Assembly (NCBI RefSeq): GCF_006345805.1
Contig: NW_021834290.1
Span: forward strand, 1 to 49,253
Direction: 5' to 3'
Source of the DNA: Octopus sinensis
Taxonomy: Eukaryota
DNA length: 49,253 nt
Shown: piece by piece, positions 25,162 through 37,200 of the stretch
Position numbering within the stretch: position 1 is the first letter of the stretch
Layout of the letters: every line of letters starts with the position of its first letter
Made by a program: the position numbers and the translations under genes
The notes under the pieces: generated by a model
What the model was told of the DNA's origin: nothing
The model's input: only the letters and a program-made list of their open reading frames with translations
The model's database searches: none

Positions 25162-25559
25162 TCTATATATATAAAAGTAAGGTTGTGTGTCTGTCTCCTA
25201 CGATTTAGATTCCTAACTACACCCACATTTTGCGGTGCAGTTTAACCAAAAGCGGGTATCTTATAGTCGTGATTCATATCGAGCCCTTCTGGTTATTAGC
25301 GCATGTCTACGATGAGTCTACGATTTAAAAAAAATTTACCATCATTTTTTTCCCATTTATAATGCATTTTTTTTTGCTATTATATAAGGGAAGTAACTCT
25401 CTAAAAATTTATTATTAAATCTCAGAACGTAAAAAACTACAGTAACACCCCACCTTTGTGGTTAGCCATATTGAGATGGCTATTATACGTTACATCTCTA
25501 AAAAGGCTTATATAGTTATTTCCCTTACAAACCCAAGCAACGCCGGGCGATACTGCTAG
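25162..25559 (+). mobile_element. Non-autonomous Helitron (398 bp), same family as 18473-18861
   Basis: A|TCTATATATATAAAA...CCCAAGCAACGCCGGGCGATACTGCTAG|T. Confidence 0.92.
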
Positions 25560-25561
25560 TA

Positions 25562-25848
25562 TATATATAAAAGAATTTTTTGCACAATAAGATAAAAAAA
25601 CCAAGGCTGTGTAGATATTAGAACATTTATAGATAGAAGGTCTTACAGCTGTTTCTAGGATATTTATTAATAATATCCTTTCATCTAAACTAACTATGAC
25701 TTAACTATCCTCTCACACCATCTCCGATGAAGGGATATTATTAATAAATATCCTGGAAACAGCTGTAAGACCTTCTATCTATAAATGCTCTAATATCTAC
25801 ACAGCCTTGGTTTTTTTTATCTTATTACGCAAAAAATTCTTATATATA
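25562..25848. repeat. About 285-bp near-perfect palindrome; each arm carries a hammerhead-like motif
   Basis: Arms about 25562-25685 and 25726-25848 with a 40-bp spacer; plus-strand motif TCT CCGATGA A GGGATATT..AATATCCT G GAAAC AGCT GTA AGA at 25721-25770. Confidence 0.9.
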
Positions 25849-26182
25849 CATGCTGACATAGAACCAACGTTGAACCCTTTATTCACAATATTACCGAATC
25901 TGGAACTTAACTATGGTCTGTCTATAGCGCTTATTCAGCATTACCTGACACCTTTGTGTCTCAATGACACCATTATCTCTTATATATATAATGTTTATAA
26001 TGGACGCAGTTTGTGTGTCAAATAGCTAGCTTAAGGCAATGGCCTCATGGAGCTAATCAGCGACAGCTTTAGTCTTATACTTATAAGACTGCCATATTAG
26101 TATGGCGATAACTATTAATTTCCAGTAACGCTGTCGTAATCTCCTTTAGAGAGACTTAGTAATTTTAATATTTCTATTATAC

Positions 26183-26216
<34 letters not shown>

Positions 26217-27024
26217 ATGTGTATGTTTGTGTGTCTGTGTGTGTAGATATATATACACATACATATACAGAAGCACACACACACAAACACACATAGACAC
26301 ACACATATAGATTCATCCTATAGCTCCCTCTATTAATGCAACTTCAGTTACAAACAGGAAGAATATAAGGGCCAGTTGTCATTTCCTATTTCACTGGCCC
26401 CATTCTGTACCAAAAGAATAAGGAGCTCATCAACAACAACTATGAATTTGACATCAATCAGTGAATTATCACAAATCCTTATCCAAAGTAGACGTAACAC
26501 TTCGCAATGTTCTGCTTTCTCTTATGCTCTGTGTTTGAATTCAGGGTCAGATCCAAGAGGTGGGAAGCTGGTGGAGTCATTAACACAGTGGATGAAATGC
26601 TTCATGGCATTTCTTGCAGCTCTTTATGTTCTGAGTTCAAATCCTGCTGAGGTTGACTTTGCTTTTCTTAATCAGTGAATTAACAGAAATTCTTATCCAA
26701 GATAGATATAACTTTGCAATTTTCTGGTACATTTAAGGTGGCAAGCTGGCAGAATTATAAGCACACTGGAGAAAATGCTTAGTGGCATTTTGTCTGTCTA
26801 CATGCTCTGAGTTCAAATTCTGTCAAGGTCAACTTTGCCTTTCAGCCTTTCAGGGTCGATAAAATACGTACCAGTTGAATACTGGGGTCGATGTAATCGA
26901 TTTTCCCACTCCACTGAAATTGCTGGCCTTGTGTCAAAATTAGACAGAATTGTTGGCATGCTGGGCAAAATGCTTAGTGGTGTCTTCACATTCTGACGAG
27001 GTCAGCTTTACCTTTCATCTTTTT

Positions 27025-27183
27025 GAGCGCAGTTCAATTTTCATTCGCCTAAACTTTAAGTGACCCATTTTTGGTGGTTCTACGATTTGTTGGCTAGGAG
27101 GAGATGTGCCGGGAAGTTAAACACACAGACACACACACAGATACGCACACAGACAAACAAGTTGAGTTTTATATATATATAGA
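27025..27183 (-). mobile_element. 5' fragment of a second Helitron-like family
   Basis: Minus strand A|TCTATATATATATAAAACTCAACTTGTTTGTCTGTG, same 5' architecture as the other Helitrons; 3' end not found. Confidence 0.5.
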
Positions 27184-27845
27184 TAAACACTATGTATGCA
27201 CACGTGTGTGTGTGTGTGTGTTATCAAAAAATGACCTTAAAATCCCACATTTCTACAAGAACAGTTTTAAAATGACACAAGTACATCCCAAAATCCATTA
27301 AACTTGGGAGGTCCAACAAAAGCTATGGGCATTAACTACACTTTCTCTTTCATATTAAATAAACACTGCGTTCATACACACACACGTGTGCGTGTGCATG
27401 TGTGTATGTGACAGAGAGGTGTGAGTGTATATGTTAAACAAATGAATTATGAAGAATACAAAAATATCTCCCTGAACAATAACCATCTTTTTTTTTTATC
27501 AATAACGTGTAATAAAGGGCGTTTACAAATTATGCTTCATAAAAGGGGATCTACAAAAATATTCCCTTATATTCACTCATTCTCTATTAAAAATACATTT
27601 ATCCCTTGTAGCAATTTTGCTGAATTTTTGTCATCATTTGGGAGAGGGGGGTATTTTTTGTTTGTTTTAGTTTTCTTTTTTTTTGTTTTGTTTTTCGGTA
27701 TCCTGTACTTTGTTTTGTTATTTGATTTATATTTTCTTTTTGTCCCTTTTATATGCTTTGTGTACAGATGCTTACACACACAAGCATACACGTGTATATA
27801 TTCACAGATATATATATAAACACATGCATACATACATATACATAC

Positions 27846-27896
<51 letters not shown>

Positions 27897-28169
27897 TGTA
27901 TATACACTTACACACATATATATGTATATATATATATATGTATGTATGTGTGTAGTATATGTATATATATATATAGGTGGATGTGTCTGTGTGTATATAG
28001 ATATATATGTATGTGATATGTATATATGTAATATATATACATATATGTATTTATTTATGTATGTGTATGTGTGTATATATAATATATATACACATACATA
28101 ACACATGCTCATGTCTGTGTATGTATGCACACATACATGTATGTATGTATTTATGTGTGTGTGTATGTG

Positions 28170-28205
<36 letters not shown>

Positions 28206-29004
28206 ATATATATATATATATATACATACTCGCTCATACATATACACATGCTCATGTCTGTGTATTTCTGAACCAAGCCCAGAATGCGCAGCAATAAATT
28301 ATAAATGCATCACACATGCAAACACCGACACATACGCAACTCGTAATTTACATGCATTACTAACTAATAAAGGTGGCTAGCTGTAAGATATTATTAATGC
28401 TGTGTGTACTTAGAGCGTTGTTTGCCGGATAGCTAAATGGTATGTTGCAGCAACGGTGTCATCTTGCTGCATATTTAAGCATGCATATTCCCCACTGCAC
28501 AAAAGCACTACAAAGCATCGAAATTTTCACCGATACAATTTCGCACCCCTGCCCCACCACACACGCACACACATCCCGCCTTTCAAAGGATCGTAAATTC
28601 TATTGCTTGTGTGCTGTATTATATTGTCAGGACGAATATCACTTTTGCTGTAAATATGGCGTGGAAGTATGAAATATGAAAAAGAAAAAGGAATAAAAAA
28701 AAATATTCTCCATACTTTGTGTCTGTGTAGGTGCGTGCATGCATATGTGCATTTTGAGAGACATTTTTTTGTGGTATATACATCACGCACACACATACAT
28801 ATGTACAGAAGTGCGTATGTATGTATATATATTTTGTTTGACCTCATTCTTGCAGAATACATCCAATCCCATACAGAATATGCTTGGCAATATAACCTAG
28901 TCTTAAATGTCATTGTTGATGCACTAGAGCAGCCATGCCAAAGCAGTATTACAATGAAAGCCAGCACTAGGATTTATCCTTTTGTTTTTTGCAATATATA
29001 TATT

Positions 29005-29387
29005 GGAGTGGCTGTGTGGTAAGTAGCTTGCTAACCAACCACATGGTTCCGGGTTCAGTCCAACTGCGTGGCATCTTGGGCAAGTGTCTTCTGCTATAGC
29101 CCCGGGCCGACCAATGCCTTGTGAGTGGATTTGGTAGACGGAAACTGAAAGAAGCCTGTCGTATATATGTATATATATATGTGTGTGTGTGTGTGTGTTT
29201 GTCCCCCTAGCATTGCTTGACAACCGATGCTGGTGTGTTTACGTCGCCGTCACTTAGCGGTTCGGCAAAAGAGACCGATAGAATAAGTACTGGGCTTACA
29301 AAGAATAAGTCCCGGGGTCGATTTGCTCGACTAAAAGTGGTGCTCTAGCATGGCCGCAGTCAAATGACTGAAACGAGTAAAAGAGTA
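29005..29387 (+). mobile_element. SINE family A
   Basis: Family-A consensus. Confidence 0.93.
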
Positions 29388-29400
29388 ATATATATATATA

Positions 29401-29595
29401 TATATTCAATATGTGACTGTGTGTGTATCATTGGCGATTTTTTTCGTCCGTCTTCCTTTCCTTGGATCTTTCCTTTTTCTATGTTTCTGACAAAGTGCTC
29501 CACTCGAAACGTTAAATCCTCCTGTCTTTCCTTTCCTGAGTGTCCAATAACACTCACGTTATGTTTTCTTTTTGTGTTTTCATGTTTGGATTAAC
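29401..29595 (+). mobile_element. Penelope-type terminal repeat with degenerate hammerhead (29484-29516)
   Basis: TTT CTGACAA AGTGC TCC ACTC GAAAC GTT AAA; homologous to 5041-5250. Confidence 0.6.
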
Positions 29596-29618
29596 TTTAT
29601 ATATATATATAATCACAC

Positions 29619-29840
29619 CTATCTTTGCCTGATCTTCTCACTAACTTTAGGCAGGCCTCCACAAAGGCACTCATTTGTCATAAGTTGCTGCCATTTCATA
29701 TTTAGGGCCATTTGTAGCATCCTTGTGTAGCATCCATTTAGCCTGTTCGTTAATTTTTTGGTCAGTGTCCATGTTTCACTGCCATATAACAGCACTGATT
29801 TTACAGTTGCAATGAACAGCTTGGACTGTTCATGTTTTAG
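29619..29840 (-). mobile_element. RTE-clade LINE fragment (post-RT region)
   Basis: LKHEQSKLFIATVKSVLLYGSETWTLTKKLTNRLNGCYTRMLQMALNMKWQQLMTNECLCGGLPKVSEKIRQR*; the LLYGSETW and CYTRML motifs are typical of RTE elements. Confidence 0.9.
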
Positions 29841-30005
29841 AAGAGAGAGCGGCTGGGATGGAGTTGGAAATTGGCGATGAGGTGTCAGAGTGAACCTTTA
29901 AGGTACAAGGTGGGTAGAAACGCGTAGGACAAGGATGCGAGAAGTGAGCTGGGTTAACCTTTCAGTTGGAAATTCTTTCATGGAGTGTAAACATGTAAAA
30001 TGTAC

Positions 30006-30418
30006 ATAGGCGCAGGAGTGGCTGTGTGGTAAGTAGCTTGCTAACCAACCACATGGTTCTGGGTTCAATCCCACTGCGTAGCATCTTGGGCAAGTGTCTT
30101 CTGCTATAGCCCCAGGCCGACCAATGCCTTGTGAGTGGATTTGGTGGACGGAAACTGAAAGAAGCCTGTCGTATATATGCATATATATATATGTATGTGT
30201 GTGTGTGTTTGTGTGTCTGTGTTTGTCCCCCTAGCATTGCTTGACAACCGATGCTGGTGTGTTTACATCCCCGTCACTTAGCAGTTCAGCAAAATGAGAC
30301 TGATAGAATAAGTACTGGGCTTACAAAGAATAAGTCTCGGGGTCGATTTGCTCGACTAAAGGCGGTGCTCCAGCATGGCCGCAGTCAAATGACTGTAACA
30401 AGTAAAAGAGTAAAAGAG
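30006..30418 (+). mobile_element. SINE family A, full length
   Basis: ataggcgcaggagtggctgtgtgg head through gtaaaagag tail. Confidence 0.93.
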
Positions 30419-31041
30419 GGAGAGAGAGGTTAACCATGTGTTAGTGAGATTGTTAAAATCTGGAACAGTCTAAAAACGACATTTTTCCTTCTGTTAAAGT
30501 CTATTTTAATTCCAGATGGTTGATTCCTTAAATTTTTTTTTTTTTGCATTTAAACCGCATTTAATTAATTAAAATTGCGAAATAAACTTCACAAAAAAAT
30601 GTATATCATCATCACCATCATCATCATCAACAACAACAAGATTTAATATCCGTTTTCCATAATGGCATGGGTTGGATGGCTTGACTTCAGGTTCCAAAAT
30701 CTGTTTTGGTTTGATCTCTATGGGACCTGACGTGGCCCTTGGCCTTGCCATACATGCAAATATGGTCAACCCTTAATCCGACAGACTATTTGGGAAGAAA
30801 GTGTGTACATTAATACCAAAAGTCTTTTGGTAACCTAGGATCCATTTGTTTTTATTTTATAATGTAATGTAAAAAAAATTAAATTTTTAATACAATATAT
30901 GCTAGCACACAATATAAAATGATTAAAATATCAACAGGCTGGGTTACCAAGGTTGTGGGGTTGCAATTTATTTTCAAGAATTATTTTTACATTGATGGTA
31001 GCAATTAATGCACCTTAATGAAATGTTTTGCAGTATTACGT

Positions 31042-31450
31042 AGGAGTGGCTGTGTGGTAAGTAGCTTGCTAACCAACCACATGGTTCCGGGTTCAGTCCC
31101 ACTGCGTGGCATCTTGGGCAAGTGTCTTCTGCTATAGCCCCGGGCCGACCATTGCCTTGTGAGTGGATTTGGTAGACGGAAACTGAAAGAAGCCTGTCGT
31201 ATATATGTATATATATATATATGTGTATGTGTGTGTTTGTGTGTCTGTGTTTGTTCCCCTAGCATTGCTTGACAACCGATGTTGGTGTGTTTACGTCCCC
31301 ATCACTTAGCGGTTCGGCAAAAAGAGACCGATAGAATAAGTACTGAGCTTACGAAGAATAAGTCCCGGGGTCGATTTGCTCGACTAAAGGCGGTGCTCCA
31401 GCATGGCCGCAGTCAAATGACTGAAACAAGTAAAAGAGAAAAAAGAAAAA
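31042..31450 (+). mobile_element. SINE family A inserted in a SINE B remnant
   Basis: Family-A consensus; SINE B pieces on both sides. Confidence 0.9.
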
Positions 31451-32640
31451 ATTACTTCTAGGTTTATATTCCGAGTTCAAATTCCACCGAGGTCTATTTT
31501 GAATTTCATCCTCTTGGGGTCAAGAAAATAAGTATCATTTGAGCACTAGATATGATATAATTGACTGGCTCCACCACCACCACCAACTGACATTTCAGGC
31601 TTTGTGCTTATATAGAAACAATAATAATTGTTTCTATATAGGTGGCAAGCTGGCAGAAACATTAGCAAGCTGGGCGAAATGCTTAGCAGTATTTCATCTG
31701 TCTTTACGTTCTGAGTTCAAATTCCGCCGAGGTCGACTTTGCCATTCAGCCGACCAAGGCCTTGTGAGTGGATTTGATATTTGGAAACTGAAAGAAGCCC
31801 ATTGTGCATATATATATATGAAAAGCACCAACTACACTCTTGGAGTGGTTGGTGTTAAGACCTCAGTCAAACCGTTGAACCCATGCCAGCAAGGGAAACG
31901 GACATTAATCGATGATGATGATGATAATGATGATATGTACTTGTTATTTGTGTCTGTGTTTGTCCTCCCCACATCGCTTGATAACCGATGTTGGTTTGTT
32001 TACATTCCTGTAACTTAGCAGTTCGGCAAAAGTGACCAATAGAACAAGTACTAGGCTTGCAAAGAATAAGTCCTGGGGGTTGATTTGTTTGAATGAAGGC
32101 GGTGCCCCAGCATGGACACAATGAAATGACTGAAACAAGTAAAGGTAAGTGTATATATTTGGGCCCCATGGAGGCAAGGACAAGAGACAAAGACCATGGT
32201 GATATTCTGTGCTTTAGAAGGTTCGTGAAACCAAGTGAAACCTTGGTCATGGCCATTGCCCATGTCATGTAGTTGTGGCCAGCCATTGCTGGTGTCTTGT
32301 AAATGGCACTTTTGCCAGTGGCACATAAAAAGGAACCCATTACATTCTTAGAGTGGTTGACATTAGGAAGGGCATCCAGTCATAGAAACCATGCCATAAG
32401 AGACTAGAACCTGGTGCAGCTCTTTGGCTTACCGATTCCGGTCAAACTGTGTAACCCATGCCAGCATGGAAAGTGGACGTTAAATGATGATGATGGTATA
32501 CATATATATGTGATGGGCTCCTTTTAGTTTCCATTTTATGAAATCCACTCGTAAGGCTTTGGTCAGCTCAGGTGTACAGTCGAAGACATTTGCCCAAAAT
32601 AGGTGTCACATTGTGAGACTGAACCAGAAACCATTTTGTT

Positions 32641-33172
32641 TCTGGTTCAGTCCCACAAGGCGGCGAGCTGGCAGAAACATTAGCATGCTGGGTGAAATGT
32701 TTAGCAGTATTTCATATGCCATTATGTTCTGAGTTCAAATTCCGCCAAGGTCAACTTTGCCTTTCATTCTTTCGGGGTCGATAAATTAAGTACCAGTTAC
32801 ACACTGGGTTCGATGTAATCGACCTAATCCCTTTGTCTGTCCTCTCTGTGTTTAGCCCCTTGTGGGTAGTAAAGATTAGGTATTTCGCCCATCTTTACAT
32901 TTCGAGTTCAAATTCCACTGAGGTTGACTTTACCTTTAAGACGGCAAGCTGGCAGAAACGTTAGCACGCCAGGCGAAATGCTTAGTGGTATTTCATCTGC
33001 TGTTATGTTCTGAGTTCAAATTCTGCCGAGGTCAACTTTGCCTTTCATTCTTTTGGCGGTCGATAAATTAAGTACCAGTTACGCACATGGGGTCGATATA
33101 ATTGACTTAATCCATTTGTCTGTCCTTGTTTGTCCCCTCTATGTTTAGCCTCTTGTGGGCAATAAAGAAATA
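32641..33172 (+). mobile_element. Composite SINE B multimer (monomer-partial-monomer) with one 15-bp TSD
   Basis: TSD agaaaccattttgtt at 32626-32640 and 33173-33187; the host is a minus-strand SINE A. Confidence 0.85.
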
Positions 33173-33713
33173 AGAAACCATTTTGTTAAGAAGCTAACAT
33201 CTTACCATACAGCCATGCCTGCAGATGATTTCATAGCCCAAAGACAGAGAGAGAGGAAATAAGTTATGATTTGAGGCAGACTTGTTCTGCTATTACTAGT
33301 ATGATAGATGACCACTTAGATAGACTTCTCCACGAACCCCCACCCACTATTTCATTGGATCTCGATTCCATTGCATTCAATTGTAATTCTATTGTGTTCT
33401 GTCATCATTAATTGACTCTTGTGAAAATGATTTCTTCGTCTTGGCACATTTTGAAAAGCTAAGCAGAATATGTTAAATCAATAGAAGTGATTATTTTGAT
33501 TGGAACCGATTCTTTTGTTCCTGTTTTGGCATGTGTGGGGGGTGGGGTGGCGATGGATGTATTGTGTGTGTGAGAGACAGGGGGGAGAGAATGTATTTAT
33601 AGTGTATGTAAATATCGATACATATTTATATTAAATACCACCATACTATACACACCTGCATTTGTATACACAATATACTTTATAAAGATTATGTGTATGT
33701 GTGTGTATATATA

Positions 33714-33759
<46 letters not shown>

Positions 33760-33857
33760 AACACACACATATGTGATGGGCATGTACATGTGGAGTTGGC
33801 ATATATGTAAATATATATATGTGTGTGTGTGTGTGTTTATATACACATACACATATA

Positions 33858-33918
<61 letters not shown>

Positions 33919-33966
33919 ATACATAAAGTGTGTACATACATCCACACATCAATATGTTTATGTACA

Positions 33967-34014
<48 letters not shown>

Positions 34015-34117
34015 CACACATGCACACATGTACACACACATGCATGCACACACACACATGCCTACAATTATATTCATGCACATCATGTGGATGGATAGGA
34101 CGAAGTGTTCATTAAAT

Positions 34118-34150
<33 letters not shown>

Positions 34151-34240
34151 CCACTCACACGTATGTAACTACACCATCTTTATTTTATTATGTTTTGGTG
34201 TTTTTGTAAATTTTTATTACTTTCCAGCGTATTTCATCTT

Positions 34241-37200
34241 TTATATAATTCGTTCATTTTTTTTGTTTTTGTTTTTTTTTTTGTTTTGTAAATTCTCTCT
34301 TTTCTTCACATTTTCTTCTGCCTGTTTTATATCGGTTGTCATTTCTGGTGACATTAACAATGTCTTGTTCTCATTAAAACTTCTTGTTTTTGATCTTGTT
34401 GCTGTTATTGTTGTAACGTCATCGTCATCATCATCATCATTGTCATCATCCTCATCAACGTCTTCATCATCATCGTCTTCGTTGTCCTCATCCTCATCAA
34501 CGTCATCATCATCATTGTCGTCTTCATCGTTGTCATCATCCTCATCAACGTCATCATCATCATCATCATTGTCTTCATCGTTGTCATCATCGTCATCATC
34601 ATCATCAGTCATCATCCTCATCATCGTTGTCTTCATCGTTGTCATCATCATCATCATCATCGTCTTCATCGTTGTCCTCATCCTCATCAACGTCATCATC
34701 ATCATCATCGTTGTCTTCATCGTTGTCATCATCATCATCATCATCGTCTTCATCGTTGTCCTCATCCTCATCAACGTCATCATCATCATCATCATCGTCT
34801 TCATCGTTGTCCTCATCCTCATCAACGTCATCATCATCATCATCATCGTCTTCATCGTTGTCCTCATCCTCATCGTCATCATCATCATCATCATCCTCAT
34901 CAACGTCATCATCATCATCATCATCGTCTTCATCATTGTCCTCATCCTCATCAACGTCATCATCATCATCATCATCGTCTTCATCGTTGTCCTCATCCTC
35001 ATCAACGTCATCAGCATCGTCTTCATCGTTGTCCTCATCCTCATCAACGTCATCATCATCATCATCATCGTCTTCATCGTTGTCATCATCATCATCGTCT
35101 TCATCATTGTCCTCATCGTCATCAACGTCATCATCATCATCATCATCGTCTTCATCGTTGTCCTCATCCTCATCAACGTCATCATCATCATCCTCATCAA
35201 CGTCATCATCATCATCATCATCATCGTCTTCATCATTGTCCTCATCCTCATCAACGTCATCATCATCATCATCATCGTCTTCATCGTTGTCCTCATCCTC
35301 ATCAACGTCATCATCATCATCATCATCGTCTTCATCATTGTCCTCATCCTCATCAACGTCATCATCATCATCGTCTTCATCGTTGTCCTCATCCTCATCA
35401 ACGTCATCATCATCATCATCATCATCGTCTTCATCGTTGTCCTCATCCTCATCAACGTCATCATCATCATCATCATCGTCTTCATCGTTGTCATCATCCT
35501 CATCAACGTCATCATCATCATCATCATCGTCTTCATCGTTGTCATCATCCTCATCAACGTCATCATCATCATCATCATCATCGTCTTCATCGTTGTCCTC
35601 ATCCTCATCAACGTCATCATCATCATCATCATCATCATCATCGTCTTCATCATTGTCCTCATCCTCATCAACGTCATCATCATCATCATCATCGTCTTCA
35701 TCGTTGTCCTCATCCTCATCAACGTCATCATCATCATCATCATCGTCTTCATCGTTGTCCTCATCCTCATCAACGTCATCATCATCATCATCGTCTTCAT
35801 CGTTGTCCTCATCCTCATCAACGTCATCATCATCATCATCGTCTCATCGTTGTCCTCATCCTCATCAACGTCATCATCATCGTCTTCATCGTTGTCCTCA
35901 TCCTCATCAACGTCATCATCATCATCATCATCGTCTTCATCGTTGTCCTCATCCTCATCAACGTCATCATCATCATCATCATCGTCTTCATCATTGTCCT
36001 CATCCTCATCAACGTCACGTCATCATCATCATCATCCTCTTCATCGTTGTCCTCATCCTCATCAACGTCATCATCATCATCATCATCGTCTTCATCATTG
36101 TCCTCATCCTCAATCAACGTCATCATCTCATCACATCATCGTCTTCATCGTTGTCCTCATCCTCATCAACCATCATCATCATCATCATCATCGTCTTCAT
36201 CGTTGTCCTCATCCTCATCAACGTCATCATCATCATCATCATCATCGTCTTCATCATTGTCCTCATCCTCATCAACGTCATCATCATCATCATCATCGTC
36301 TTCATCGTTGTCCTCATCCTCATCAACGTCATCATCATCATCATCGTCTTCATCGTTGTCCTCATCCTCATCAACGTCATCATCATCATCATCATCGTCT
36401 TCATCGTTGTCCTCATCCTCATCAACGTCATCATCATCGTTCTTCATCGTTGTCCTCATCCTCATCAACGTCATCATCATCATCATCATCGTCTTCATCG
36501 TTGTCCTCATCCTCATCAACGTCATCATCATCGTCTTCATCATTGTCCTCATCCTCATCAACGTCATCATCATCATCATCATCGTCTTCATCATTGTCCT
36601 CATCCTCATCAACGTCATCATCATCATCATCGTTGTCTTCATCGTTGTCATCATCATCATCATCATCGTCTTCATCATTGTCCTCATCCTCATCAACGTC
36701 ATCATCATCATCATCGTTGTTTCATCGTTGTCAATCATCATCATCATCATCGTCTTCATCGTTGTCCTCATCCTCATCAACGTCATCATCATCATCATCA
36801 TCGTCTTCATCGTTGTCCTCATCCTCATCAACGTCATCATCATCATCATCATCATCGTCTTCATCGTTGTCCTCATCCTCATCAACGTCATCATCATCAT
36901 CATCATCATCGTCTTCATCGTTGTCCTCATCCTCATCAACGTCATCATCATCATCATCATCGTCTTCATCGTTGTCCTCATCCTCATCAACGTCATCATC
37001 ATCGTCTTCATCGTTGTCCTCATCCTCATCAACGTCATCATCATCATCATCATCGTCTTCATCGTTGTCCTCATCCTCATCAACGTCATCATCATCATCA
37101 TCATCATCGTCTTCATCATTGTCCTCATCCTCATCAACGTCATCATCATCATCATCGTTGTCTTCATCGTTGTCATCATCATCATCATCATCGTCTTCAT

